Shown here: positions 40,111 to 51,944 of the stretch, in pieces
Layout: each line of letters starts with the position of its first letter
Numbering within the stretch: position 1 is the stretch's first letter
Origin: Mobula hypostoma
Taxonomy: Eukaryota
Reading direction: 5' to 3'
NCBI RefSeq assembly: GCF_963921235.1
Contig: NC_086097.1
Coordinates: forward strand, 185,196,001 to 185,260,000
DNA: 64,000 nt
Notes under the pieces: generated by a model
Databases searched by the model: none
The model's input: the letters and a program-made list of their open reading frames with translations, nothing else
Told to the model about the DNA's origin: nothing
Translations under genes and position numbers: made by a program

Positions 40111-40773
40111 TTCAGATAGGGAGGATCGTTTGCCCCACCAGATAAGCAAGTGGTTTGAGAGTTCTGGCAAAGAGACAATCTGCCAAATGAGGCCTACTAT
40201 CCCATGGTGTCCTTCTCCTGCAGGGCTTCAACTTTGTGCTGACTATTACTTAATGGAGTTGTGTTCAAAGGCATATTTCTCTGTCAAAAATGTTCTGCTA
40301 AGGACAGTTAGTGTTTCAAGGTCTAATTGAACGGTGCATTGCTTTATGACGAAGACAGGTCTATCCTTTGCAACAATGGGGACAGGATAAACCTTGTGTT
40401 TTCATGCTCCACCTCTACACACAGCTAAATAGAGCCACACATCAAGTTGTTTGGTATACTTTTCCCCGCTTTCTCTGTAGATGCACATTGCAATCCAATT
40501 GATGTGCTCCATCTCATGGGGAATGGCTACACCTGTGCTACAACTATCAACACTGAGAGCACCTCTCACCTGATGTCCAAGTTATTTTCTGCCATCGAGA
40601 GACAGCATCAGTCCCGCAGTCACAGTTTTACTTTCACCTCGACTATCCACTCCAGCAAATTCTTGCACAGGCTCTGCCCCCTCCAAACCAGTTTCCCAAC
40701 ATTTTCAGTTTGTGTCACCTGGCAGTGGTGATGCCTATGTAGATCAATAGTTTGCAATTTCAGATTCCTTTTC

Positions 40774-41002
40774 TGTGGTAAACCATGTATATATGTTGTA
40801 ACTCGGTTACCTGTCTGGACGCACCCCTCTGCTGACTGCCCCTGTGGCTCCTCCCACAGAGTCCTGTATAAAGGTGTTCGCCTTGCCCCTCCCCCTCAGT
40901 CCGGGGGCAGACACTCACTGTGGATGTCGTATTGTACAGCGAATAAAAGTCTTTCAGTATTTTACCAAACCTCAGTCTTTAGGAGTAATTGAAGGTGCTT
41001 CA
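40774..41002 (+). repeat. 5' LTR
   Basis: TATA-like tataaa at ~40867, Inr-like tcagt at ~40896, AATAAA at 40942; 11 substitutions versus the 3' LTR by manual count. Confidence 0.97.
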
Positions 41003-41003
41003 A

Positions 41004-41018
41004 TTTTATTTGCTGTAC
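41004..41018 (+). promoter_or_regulatory. Atypical PBS complementary to LTR 40934-40948
   Basis: ttttatttgctgtac versus gtacagcgaataaaa: 14 Watson-Crick pairs plus 1 G-U pair; no TGG tRNA PBS. Confidence 0.75.
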
Positions 41019-41028
41019 GTTTTAAAAC

Positions 41029-42278
41029 ATGGAACAGGCCCTGAGACCAGAAAAATTAGACCTCGATCCGCAAATGCCTGACGCTGGAAACGCTTTCGAA
41101 CTCTGGCTGGCCTGCTTCGAAGCGTATCTAGAGGAGATTAAAGCAACTGACCCCATAGCGAAGCACAGAGTTCTACTCTCCAGGGTCAGTCCATGGGTTT
41201 ATTCGCTGATCAGAGACCAGCCGAACTACGACGGCGCGATGAACGCACTCAAAAGACAATACCTGCGGCCGATAAACAGCGTCTATGCTCGGCATCGCTT
41301 AGCGACACGGCAACAATGGTCCGGGGAATCGAGTGCTGAGTTTGTCCGGGCCGTACAGACACTCGTGCGGGCCTGCAATTGCCAGGAGCTGACGGCGGTG
41401 CAGCATGCAGAACTCCTAGTGAGAGACGCCTTCGTTACAGGGACCAGGTCAGTGTACCTGCGCCAGCGGCTGCTAGAAAAAGCCGATCTTACCCTAAGTT
41501 CGGCAATCGAGCTGGCTGATATGTTGGATAACTCTGCATAACTCCGAGGCTCTCCAGGCACGCGATCCCCCGATGGCCTCGTGGGCGCCGCAGACCCCGC
41601 AACCCGCCGGCGAATCGACCTCGGCTGCCGCCAGTCGTGAGTCCGCGAAGTGCTACTTCTGCGGACTGGAGAAGCACCCCCGGAAACGCTGCGCGGCCTG
41701 ACAAGCTACCTGTTCCAGCTGCGGAAGGAAGGGCCACTTCGCCAAGGTCTGTAAGTCAAAACCGCGAGCGGGATCGAGCAGCGCCACGTGCGAGACATGG
41801 GGGGGGTCGCCATCTTCCCTGCACACTGCCACCACGAGCGAGACATGGGGGCCGCCATCTTCCCTGCACGCCTCCACGTGCGAGACATGGGGGCGGCCAT
41901 CTTGGTCGGCACCACCTCCCACCGCCTACGACCAACGGGTGCTCACGGGGCACCCCACCACGCCAGACCAAGACAGCGACCCCACCCTGGCTTCCGTGAC
42001 CCTCGACCAAAGCGCTCCCCACCAGCTCGCAAGATCAATGATGGACATCCTGGTGGAGGGGCACAGGACAAGCTGCCTGTTTGACACAGGCAGCACAGAG
42101 AGTTTTATCCACCCAGCCACGGTGCAGCATCGCGGACTCATGATACGGCCGGTAAGTCGGAGGGTCACCATGGCCTCCAGGTCACATACAACAGACATCC
42201 GGGGGGATTGTGTAGCGACACTAGTGGTGCAGGGCACAGAATATCGGGACTTTACGTTACTGGTCTTGCCTCAACTGT
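41029..42278 (+). pseudogene. gag: Gypsy gag and aspartic protease (frameshifted)
   Basis: Gag ORF 41029-41541; Zn knuckles CYFCGLEKHPRKRC and CSSCGRKGHFAKVC at 41651-41752; protease LFDTGS at ~42077-42094. Confidence 0.92.
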
Positions 42279-44012
42279 GGAGTCATTGGCCCTGACCCCG
42301 ACCGTATGCGCCCCTTGTTGGAACTCCCTCTTCCCAATACCCTCAGAGCCCTCAAAAGGTGCCTGGGCTTCTTTTCATATTACGCCCAATGGGTCTCTAA
42401 CTATGCAGACAAGGCCCGCCCCCTGGTCAAGTCCACCACATTCCCCCTCTCTGCCGAGGCCCACGCGGCCTTCAACCGCATAAAAGGGGACATTGCCAAA
42501 GCAGCAATGCATGCGGTGGATGAGGCCATTCCCTTCCAAGTAGAGAGTGACGCCTCCGACTTTGCGCTGGCTGCTACCCTCAACCAGGCAGGAAGACCAG
42601 TGGCGTTCTTCTCCCGTACTCTTCAAGGCCCTGAAATTCGGCACTCTGCAGTAGAGAAAGAGGCCCAGGCCATAGTGGAAGCTATAAGGCACTGGAGGCA
42701 CTATCTTGCCGGCAAAAGGTTCACCCTGCTAACTGACCAGCGCTCAGTCGCATTCATGTTTAATAATCAGCAGCGGAGCAAAATCAAAAATGACAAAATT
42801 CTGAGGTGGAGAATCGAACTCTCCACCTACAACTATGACATCGTGTACAGGCCTGGGAAGCTCAACGAGCCCTCCGATGCCCTATCCCGGGGAGCATGCG
42901 CCAGCACGCAGATCGACCAGCTGTACGCCCTACATGTAGACCTTTGCCACCCGGGGGTCACCCGGCTTTTCCACTTGGTGAAAGCCCGGAACCTGCCTTA
43001 CTCCCTTGAGGAGATCAGGACGATGACCAGGGACTGCCAAGTCTGCGCAGAGTGCAAACCGCACTTCTACTGACCCGAAAAGGCACAACTCATCAAGGCC
43101 ACCCGCCCCTTTGAGCGACTGAGTGTTGACTTTAAGGGCCCCCTTCCCTCCACCGACCGCAATGTGTACTTTCTTAACGTCATTGACGAGTAATCGCAGT
43201 TCCCCTTCGCCATCCCCTGCCCCGACACCACTACCACGTCAGTTATAAAAGCCCTGCGCAAGCTCTTCACGCTGTTCGGATACCCATGCTATATCCACAG
43301 TGACAGAGGGTCCTCGTTTATGAATGACGAGCTGCGCCAATATCTACTGGCTAGGGGAATTGCAACCAGTAGGACCACGAGCTATAATCCCCGGGGGAAT
43401 GGACAGGTAGAGAAGGAGAATGGCACAGTGTGGAAAGCCACACTCTTAGCCCTCAGGTCAAAGGGACTGCCAGTCTCCCGCTGGGAGGAGGTCCTTCCCG
43501 AGGCACTCCACTCCATCCGCTCCCTGTTATGCACGGCCACCAATGCCACCCCTCATGAGCGGCTCTTTTCTTTTCCCAGAAAATCGACCACTGGAACCAC
43601 CCTACCAACTTGGCTGATGTCCCCGGGGCCAGGGCTGCTCCGGAAACATGCGAGGAGCAATACATACTCCCCGATAGTCGAGAGGGTTCACTTACTTCAT
43701 GCAAACCCCCAGTATGCCTACATGGTTTTACCTGATGGGCGGGAGGACACGGTCTCCATCCGCGACCTGGCGCCCGCAGGAGCTCCGGGCCCCTACCCTG
43801 AACACTCTGTGGTGACTATTGACCCCGTACCCACCAATGTATGTACCTACGAGACACCGTGTACCCCAAACCCTACACAGACACCACACGACACTCCCAT
43901 ACCGGGCGCAACGCACACGCATGAGGGATTACCGACGCCTAACATGCTGGCACCTGAAGTCAGGCCGGAGCCAGCACAACCGCCATCGCCGGTGCTACGT
44001 AGATCACAGTGA
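42279..44012 (+). pseudogene. pol: Gypsy pol: RT thumb/connection, RNase H and integrase (in-frame stops)
   Basis: SDASDFA, EKEAQAI and TDQRS; HHCC; SVDFKGP, HSDRG and NGQVEKEN; stops at 43071 and ~43191. Confidence 0.93.
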
Positions 44013-44096
44013 CGGACTCGACCGCCTGATAGACTTAACCTGTAAATATACTTGTTTTAAATATTGTCAGTCACTTCATCCCGCGGGACTCTTTTT

Positions 44097-44114
44097 AAAA
44101 AAAGGAGGGGTGAA
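44097..44114 (+). promoter_or_regulatory. Polypurine tract
   Basis: aaaaaaaggaggggtgaa immediately before the 3' LTR. Confidence 0.9.
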
Positions 44115-44343
44115 TGTGGTAAACCAAGTATATATGTTGTCACTCGGTTACCTGCCTGGACACGCCCCTCTGCTGACTGCCCCTGTGGCTCCTCCCACAG
44201 AGTCCTGTATAAAAGTGTTCGCCTTGCCCCTCCCCCTCAGTCCAGGGGCAGACACTCACTGTGGAGGTCGTATTGTACAGTGAATAAAAGCCTTTCAGTA
44301 TTTTACCAAACCTCAGTCTTTTGGAGTAATTGAAGGTGCTTCA
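44115..44343 (+). repeat. 3' LTR
   Basis: 229-bp direct repeat of 40774-41002. Confidence 0.97.
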
Positions 44344-47034
44344 ATTTCCAAAGATCACTTTGGAGTAGGTGTCCATCGTGCAGTATACATGTGATGTTTT
44401 GTCTAAGGTCTGCTCCTGTTTCATGCTGAGTTTCTCCCCATCCTGCATGTAGTAGGTTCTCCTCCACCTCATCTGAAAACTCCCTAAGCTGCCAGCAGAG
44501 TATTTTTGAAGGTATGTTTCAGTAAGACTGAATTTCAAAACTATTTCTGAATAATATATAATATCATTTCAGAGATATAGCTGAGTAGTACTAAAACTTT
44601 AATAACCACACTTGTTAACCTGGAATTCTACTGTTTTCTGAGACTGGAAATGAGAAGTGCATGTTAATACCTCTACAACACTTCATCCAATAGAGCTTCA
44701 GCATCATTAATAAATGGAAGCATCTGCTAACAACACTTTAAACTCCTGCAATTGTGCAGGAGAGAAGAGAGCAGCTGTTTGCTGTGCACTGAAGGCACAG
44801 AAAATGCAAATTTAATGATCCAGGTGCTGGAAGTTTTTCTTTAGGGAGTAAGAGAAAAGTGGGAAAATGTTTATAGCAGGGATGGTCATCATCATCCTTC
44901 CTATCCTGGGCATCTGGTGATTCAGTTCTTGAAGAAAAAGAAAAAAATACGATTCTGTACAATTTCTGAATCCAAAGGAATTATATAAAGAAGAAGGTGG
45001 ATATGAAAAATATTCTATGGTATGGTTAATTAAGCATGTATTTCCTAAAAATGTTTAATCTTTTTACAAACAATGTGATGCAGTCACAAAGAAAGTGGCA
45101 GTACAATAAATAATAACTGTAAATAAGAACATTTCTACTGGAGAAAGATGCTGTCCTGCATATTTCTGTGGTTTTGCTACACCAGGACTCACACCTATCC
45201 ACACCCAAGATATCCATTGCAGTTCAAGCCCAATCGATGGGCAAGTTAGGCCTGAAGAAGAAATGGACAATAGTGCAGCTGGAATCTTTGCTTGAGCAAG
45301 GATCATTAAATTGAGGTCACATAACTTCCTGAAAGGAGAAAATTTATGATGGTGGCCTAAAACCCTTTTGCCTCACATAAATCATAAAACTTCACGTGAT
45401 CAATTTCTACCTGAGAAATGTAATTGAACACTTTGTTCAAAGCACACTTCATCAAATTCTCTCTGGGTCCTCTCTGAGATTGATATGTCCACATCGAGGT
45501 CACTAGACAACCACAGTGACATATAGCAAATTAACATAAATGATGGCATAAGCAATCCCTTTCATATGCTAACACATTTAGGAAAGGATTAGACCTTAAG
45601 TTAACTTTCATCTTTCTGTAGACATCCTCATTGATCATTTGACATTCTCCACTCCGCTCGAACACCATTGATCATCTCCACGGAATCCTCAAAATTCTCT
45701 CTGACTTAATTTCCTCCATGATTTCCCGGCCATCTTCTCCATAATTACCACTATATTTTCACCCTCATCTACTACTCCTTCCAATTTATTGGGTCCCTCC
45801 TCAAGATTTTATCCTTGACAACCAGTGCTCACCCATTCCCACTTCTCCAAGTCAGGCAGCCCCCCCCCCCGATATTTTTCCTGACCTCCACAGTGGTTCT
45901 GCCATCACTGCCATTGCTGCAAGATCACAGACTGGATCCACTGCAGGATTGAGGAGCGAACATAATTGCATTCATCTTTGCCTATTCTCACAATGCTTAT
46001 TATGTTATGTGGTATCAATCCCCCATTGTTATCTTCTGTGTATTAATGTGTATGTAATTAGTGTGTATGCCTTGCATAGTACTATTTTAACTCATTACTC
46101 CCAATATTGTCTTACTTAAGTAAAGCATGAAAGATTGTGCTAATTAATAAGTGCCCTTGATTATCTGATCTTCTAAAGAAATTTAATCTAAAAACAACAT
46201 CAATTTTTGGTAATTATTATTATTAATTGTTGTAAGTTACAATTTTTAGTTATCACTACTTATAAATGAAACTACAGCCAAGCCTTAACTTGAATACAAA
46301 AGTGCAGATTCCTTCACTGTATGGTAAATATAGAGCTACTTCTCAGTTTGGAGCAAATTATTGAATATCACTTCCTTATTCAATAAAACAAACTGAAAAA
46401 TTATCCTATCATGCTTTGACATTCAATAGCAGTTTCTGACTGACGTGTGTTGCTGGTCTTTATCTAGTTATTAATTTGACGTGCTGGTCTTTGGATCTGT
46501 TTTTCCTCAACCCATTTCAGCATCAAACAAGAATGCTAATTAAGAGTAAAGTCTGAAAATTTACTTTTATGTCTCTTGTATGAAACAAACGTGAATGTGC
46601 AGAAATATTTTGCAAGATCAACATACTGATTTCATCAGCACCATTATTTAAAAAGTAGAATGTCTGTATGTGGGGTGATAAATTAAAATAAGGAAAATAG
46701 AGAAATGAACCTGGAATGACTGTAATCGAATAAGAACATTTACCAACATTTAACAATTACATTAACTTATTTTGGTACATATCTAATTCACATAGGTGGA
46801 TTTCAATGAATTGGTACAAAATAAAAACATTTACAGACACCTTTTACATTTAGGGAGCAATGAAAGAAACTTTTTAGTTTCAAAACAGGTTGTTAAATCT
46901 GTTATAGTCTCGCAAAGAGTTGTCTTGACTTTTTGGCATTTCTTAACCCTGCAACATTTGTTTCATAGAGCAAACACAAATCTAATTCCCAATGAGTAAT
47001 TCTGGATTACTGTTCACCACCCATCCACAAATTT

Positions 47035-47232
47035 GTTATTCCTCTCCATGCCTTGAGGCACATCGGGCAGCAACCTTTCCATTTCTTTAGCATTTGTCTG
47101 TTTTTTGATGAGGCTGAGCTGCAAGCTCGACACTCAACTCAGCACAGATGAAAAGCAAGCAAGGAGCCAGCTGTCTTTGAACCCAGGACCACTCGCCTCT
47201 AATTCCGATGCAGAGGCCATTACACCACTAGC
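47035..47232 (-). mobile_element. tRNA-derived SINE (second family)
   Basis: Minus head with A box tggtgtaatgg and B box ggttcaaag; 5' part shared with 62208-62430. Confidence 0.7.
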
Positions 47233-48339
47233 AAGTCTCATCTACAAATTGCCTTGTATAAAATACCCATGCAAAGGTTGGAAAACGTAAGTGCTAGCCA
47301 AGCATTGCATTAATTCTACGAGTCAGGTCCAATGCACTGTATTTGTTTTTAAAGATGAGTGGGCTGGATAAAGTTAAGGTTCTTTTAAAAATCATGTCCA
47401 TACCAGTGAGCTGCAGACACATCTTGCTTTCCTGGTTGCCATATTTGTATTGCTGTTTATATTTTCAATTGAAAAACTGCAAATGGTGTCAGAAAAAAAA
47501 TTGTAGTAGTAGTTACACTCTCAGCCATTGCCCTAAAATCGATCTGCTCCTAGCAACTACCTAAAGTTATAGGAGTGCTATGAAACAGTGCGGCCCTCGA
47601 GTAGAATTTGCACTTGTCTCATCTGGAATGGGAAGCTAACTCAACCTGGTGTTAAACCTGAGTAAAATAGTCGTAGCAGATGGACTTCCCATAGGATTCA
47701 GGGCAGTCTAAAGATGCATTATACCTGTGTTCATCTGCAGCAGACAGGTAAGAGTACAAGAAAATGAAAAATAAGTAAGACATATTGTCCTAGGCAACGG
47801 TTCTTCTGTTCAGTTAGATAATAGCTAATCCTGAACCTGCTCTAGGTTTACCATTTGCTTTATATTTAGCCTATCAAATGTTCTCAGAATCTTGTCTGTC
47901 TCAATGATATTACCTCTACAGTGTCAGTAAGCTGTTCTATTTTTATAGTGAAGTTTCCTCATCCTGAGAGTCAATCTCCTAATCTCCTACACCTCTGTTG
48001 CACTGAATATAAAGGCAAGAACTTACCTCCTATAGAAGGGAGAATATAAATGTACATAGTTCTCCAGGTATGCTTTCCATAAAGCCAAATATAATTGCAA
48101 GTCAATTAAGATTTGAATAGATCAGCAGAAAGCCGTTGATTAGACGATCAAGATTTGAATAGCTCAGACTCAGCAGAAAGCAGCTGATTGGGCAATTGAG
48201 GTCAGGTGACCAAGCATTTTGAAAAGCTCAAACAGATAAATAGAGGGATAGCTCAAGCAAAGTGGCTAGTGGAAAGCGGCCAGTGAGTGGGTGGGTGGGC
48301 CAGCCAGTGAAGAAGTGGAACTTTGAGGCTTTGACAAGA

Positions 48340-51300
48340 TCTCTGGCACTCTGGCACTGAGTCTGGCTCTGCAGTGCAGAAGGGAGGGGGGGAAAGAGGA
48401 GAGTGGTAGTGATAGGGGACTCGATAGTCAGAGGTGCAGGTAGAAGGTTCTGTGGTCATGACAGAGAATCCAGGATGGTTTGTTGCCTCCCAGGTGCCAG
48501 GGTCAAGGATGTCTCTGATCGATTGCATGACATTCTGGAGTGAGAGGGTGACCAGCCAGATGTCGTGGTGCACATCGGTACCAATGACATAGCAAGGAAG
48601 AGTGAAGAGGTCCTGGACAGTGAGTATAGAGAGTTTGGTAGGAAGTTGAAAAGCAGGACCTCAAGGGTGGTAATCTCAGGATTACTACCTGTGCTAGGTG
48701 CCAGTGAGGGTGGGAAAAGGATGCTCTGGAGGAGGAACAAGTGGCTGAGGAACTGGTGTAGGGGGCAGGGTTTCAGATTTCAGGATCATTGGGACCTCTT
48801 CTGGGGCAGGTGGGACCTGTACAAGAGAGATGGGTTACACTTGAACCACAGGGGGACCAATATCCTTTCAGGGAGGTTTGTTAGTGCTACTGGGGAGGCT
48901 TTAAACTAGATTTGCAGGGGGATGGGAACCAGAGTGCCAGAGCTGACAGTGTGGCTGGGGTGAAAATAAATGATGTTGAAAGTTTAAGCAAATCCGCTGA
49001 TAGAAAGGTGGTGAGTGGTGGTAAAAATCTTCTGAGGTGTATATATTTCAATGCTAGGAGTATTGCGGGGAAGGCGGATGAGTTGAGGGCGTGGATTGAC
49101 ACGTGGAATTATGATGTTGTAGCAACTAGTGAAACTTGGCTACAGGAGGGGCAGGACTGGCAGCTTAATATTCCAGGGTTCCGATGTTTCAGATGTGATT
49201 GAGGCAGAGGAATGAAAGGTGGGGGAGTAGCATTGCTTGTTAGGGAAAATATTACAGCAGTGCTCAGGCAGGACAGATTAGAGGGCTTGTCTACTGAGTC
49301 CTTATGGGTGGAGCTGAGAAACAGGAAAGGTATGGCCACATTAGTGGGATTGTATTACAGACCACCCAATAGTCAACGAGACTTGGAAGAGCAAATCTGC
49401 AGAGAGACAGCAGGCAACTGCAGGAAACATAAAGTTGTGGTGGTAGGGGATTTTAATTTTCCATACATTGATTGGGACTCCCATACTGTTAGGGGTCTAG
49501 ATGGTTTAGAGTTTGTAAAATGTGTTCAGGAAAGTTTTCTAAATCAGTATATAGAGGGACCAACTAGAGGGGATGCAATATTGGATCTCCTGTTAGGAAA
49601 CGAATTAGGGCAAGTGACAGAAGTCTGTGTAGGGGAGCACTTTGGTTCCAGCGATCATAACACCATTAGTTTCAATTTGATCATGGACAAGGATAGATCT
49701 GGTCCTAGGGTTGAGGTTCTGAACTGGAAGAAGGCCAAATTTGAAGAAATGAGAAAGGATCTAAAAAGCGTGGATTGGGACAGGTTGTTCTCTGGCAAAG
49801 ATGTGATTGGTAGGTGGGAAGCCTTCAAAGGGGAAATTCTAAGAGTGCAGAGTTTGTATGTTCCTGTCAGGATTAAAGGCAAATTGAATAGGAATAAGGA
49901 ACCTTGGTTCTCAAAGGATATTGCAACTCTGATAAAGAAGAAGAGGGAGTTGTATGAAATGTGTAGGAAACAGGGGGTAAATCAAGTGCTTGAGGAGTAT
50001 AAGAAGTGGAAGAAAATACTTAAGAAAGAAATCAGGAGGGCAAAAAGAAGACATGAGGTTGCCTTGGCAGTCAAAGTGAAGGATAATCCAAAGAGCTTTT
50101 ACAGGTATATTAAGAGCAAAAGGACTGTAAAGGATAAAATTGGTCCTCTTGAAGATCAGAGTGGTTGGCTTTGTGCGGAACCAAAGGAAATGGGGGAGAT
50201 CTTAAATAGGTTTTTTGCGTCTGTATTTACTAAGGAAGCTGGCATGAAATCTATGGAACTGAGGGAATCAAGTAGTGAGACCATGGAAACTGTACAGATT
50301 GAAAAGGAGGAGGTGCTTGCTGTCTTGAGGAAAATTAAAGTGGATAAATCCCCGGGACCTGACAGGGTGTTCCCTCGGATCTTGAAGGAGACTAGTGTTG
50401 AAATTGCAGGGACCCTGGCAGAAATATTTAAAATGTCGCTGTCTACAGGTGAAGTGCCGGAGGATTGGAGAATGGCTCATGTTGTTCCATTGTTCAAAAA
50501 AGGATCGAAAAGTAATCCGGGAAATTATAGGCCGGTGAGTTTAACATCAGTAGTAGGAAAGTTATTGGAGGGAGTACTAAGAGACAGAATCTACAAGCAT
50601 TTGGATAGACAGGGGCTTATTAGGGAGAGTCAACATGGCTTTGTGCGTGGTAGGTCATGTTTGACCAATCTGTTGGATTTTTTCGAGGAGGTTACCAGGA
50701 AAGTGGATGAAGGGAAGGCAGTGGATATTGTCTACATGGACTTCAGTAAGGCCTTTGACAAGGTCCCACATGGGAGGTTAGTTAGGAAAATTCAGTTGCT
50801 AGGTATACATGGAGAGGTGATAAATTGGATTAGACATTGGCTCGATGGAAGAAGCCAGAGAGTGGTAGTAGAGAATTGCTTCTCTGAGTGGAGGCCTGTG
50901 ACTAGTGGTGTGCCACAGGGATCAGTGCTGGGTCCATTGTTACTTGTCATCTATATCAATGATCTGGATGATAATGTGGTAAATTGGATCAGCAAGTTTG
51001 CTTATGATACAAAGATTGGAGGTGTAGTAGACAGTGAGGAAGGTTTTCAGAGCCTGCAGAGGGACTTGGACCAGCTGGAAAAATGGGCTGAAAAATGGCA
51101 GATGGAGTTTAATACTGACAAGTGTGAGGTATTGCACATTGGAAGGACAAACCAACGTAGAACATACAGGGTTAATGGTAAGGCACTGAGGAGTGCAGTG
51201 GAACAAAGGGATCTGGGAATACAGATACAAAACTCCGTAAAAGTGTCGTCACAGGTAGATAGGGTCGTAAAGAGAGCTTTTATTGGCCTTTATTAATCGA

Positions 51301-51904
51301 AGTATTGAGTATAAGAGCTGGAATGTTATGATGAGGTTGTATAAGGCATTGGTGAGGCTGAATCTGGAGTATTGTGTTCAGTTTTGGTCACCAAATTACA
51401 GGAAGGATATAAATAAGGTTGAAAGAGTGCAGAGAAGGTTTACAAGGATGTTGCCGGGACTTGAGAAACTCAGTTACAGAGAAAGGTTGAATAGGTTAGG
51501 ACTTTATTCCCTGGAGCGTAGAAGAATGAGGGGAGATTTGATAGAGGCATATAAAATTATGATGGGTATAGATAGAGTGAATGCAAGCAGGCTTTTTCCA
51601 CTGAGACAAGGGGAGAAAAAAACCAGAGGACATGGGTTAAGGGTGAGGAGGGAAAAGTTTAAAGGGAACATTAGGGGGGGCTTCTTCACACAGAGAGTGG
51701 TGGGAGTATGGAATGAGCTGCCAGACGAGGTGGTAAATGTGGGTTCTTTTTTAACATTTAAGAATAAATTGGACAGATACATAGATGGGAGTTGTGTGGA
51801 GGGATATGGTCCGTGTGCAGATCAGTGGGGCTAGGCAGAAAATAGTTCGGCACAGCCAAGAAGGGCCAAAGGGCCTGTTTCTGTGCTGTAGTTTCTATGG
51901 TTCT
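48340..51904 (+). mobile_element. CR1 element A, 5'-truncated within ORF1
   Basis: ORF1 esterase part to 48909, then ORF2 and tail tttctatggttct; candidate TSD aaga at 48336-48339 and 51905-51908. Confidence 0.93.
48912..51834 (+). pseudogene. CR1 ORF2 (APE endonuclease plus RT), nearly intact
   Basis: NARS, SETW, GDFN, SDH, DFSKAFD and PQGSVLGP; one stop at 49200, FADD changed to FAYD, one frameshift near 51281. Confidence 0.93.
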
Positions 51905-51944
51905 AAGAGGCGGAGGACAAGCTTGCTCGCAGTTAGTCTTTACA

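Larger units (their letters stand above)
40774..44343 (+). mobile_element. Ty3/Gypsy LTR retrotransposon, RT-deleted and non-autonomous
   Basis: Two 229-bp TG...CA LTRs; gag, PR, RNase H, IN order; PPT; flanks ttttc/atttc (5-bp TSD with 1 mismatch). Confidence 0.97.

Noticed and set aside
47170..47232. tRNA gene
   Set aside because: A/B boxes continue into a SINE body and no full cloverleaf is evident.
48912..51834. Active autonomous CR1
   Set aside because: Premature stop, FADD changed to FAYD in the active site, a frameshift and a truncated ORF1.
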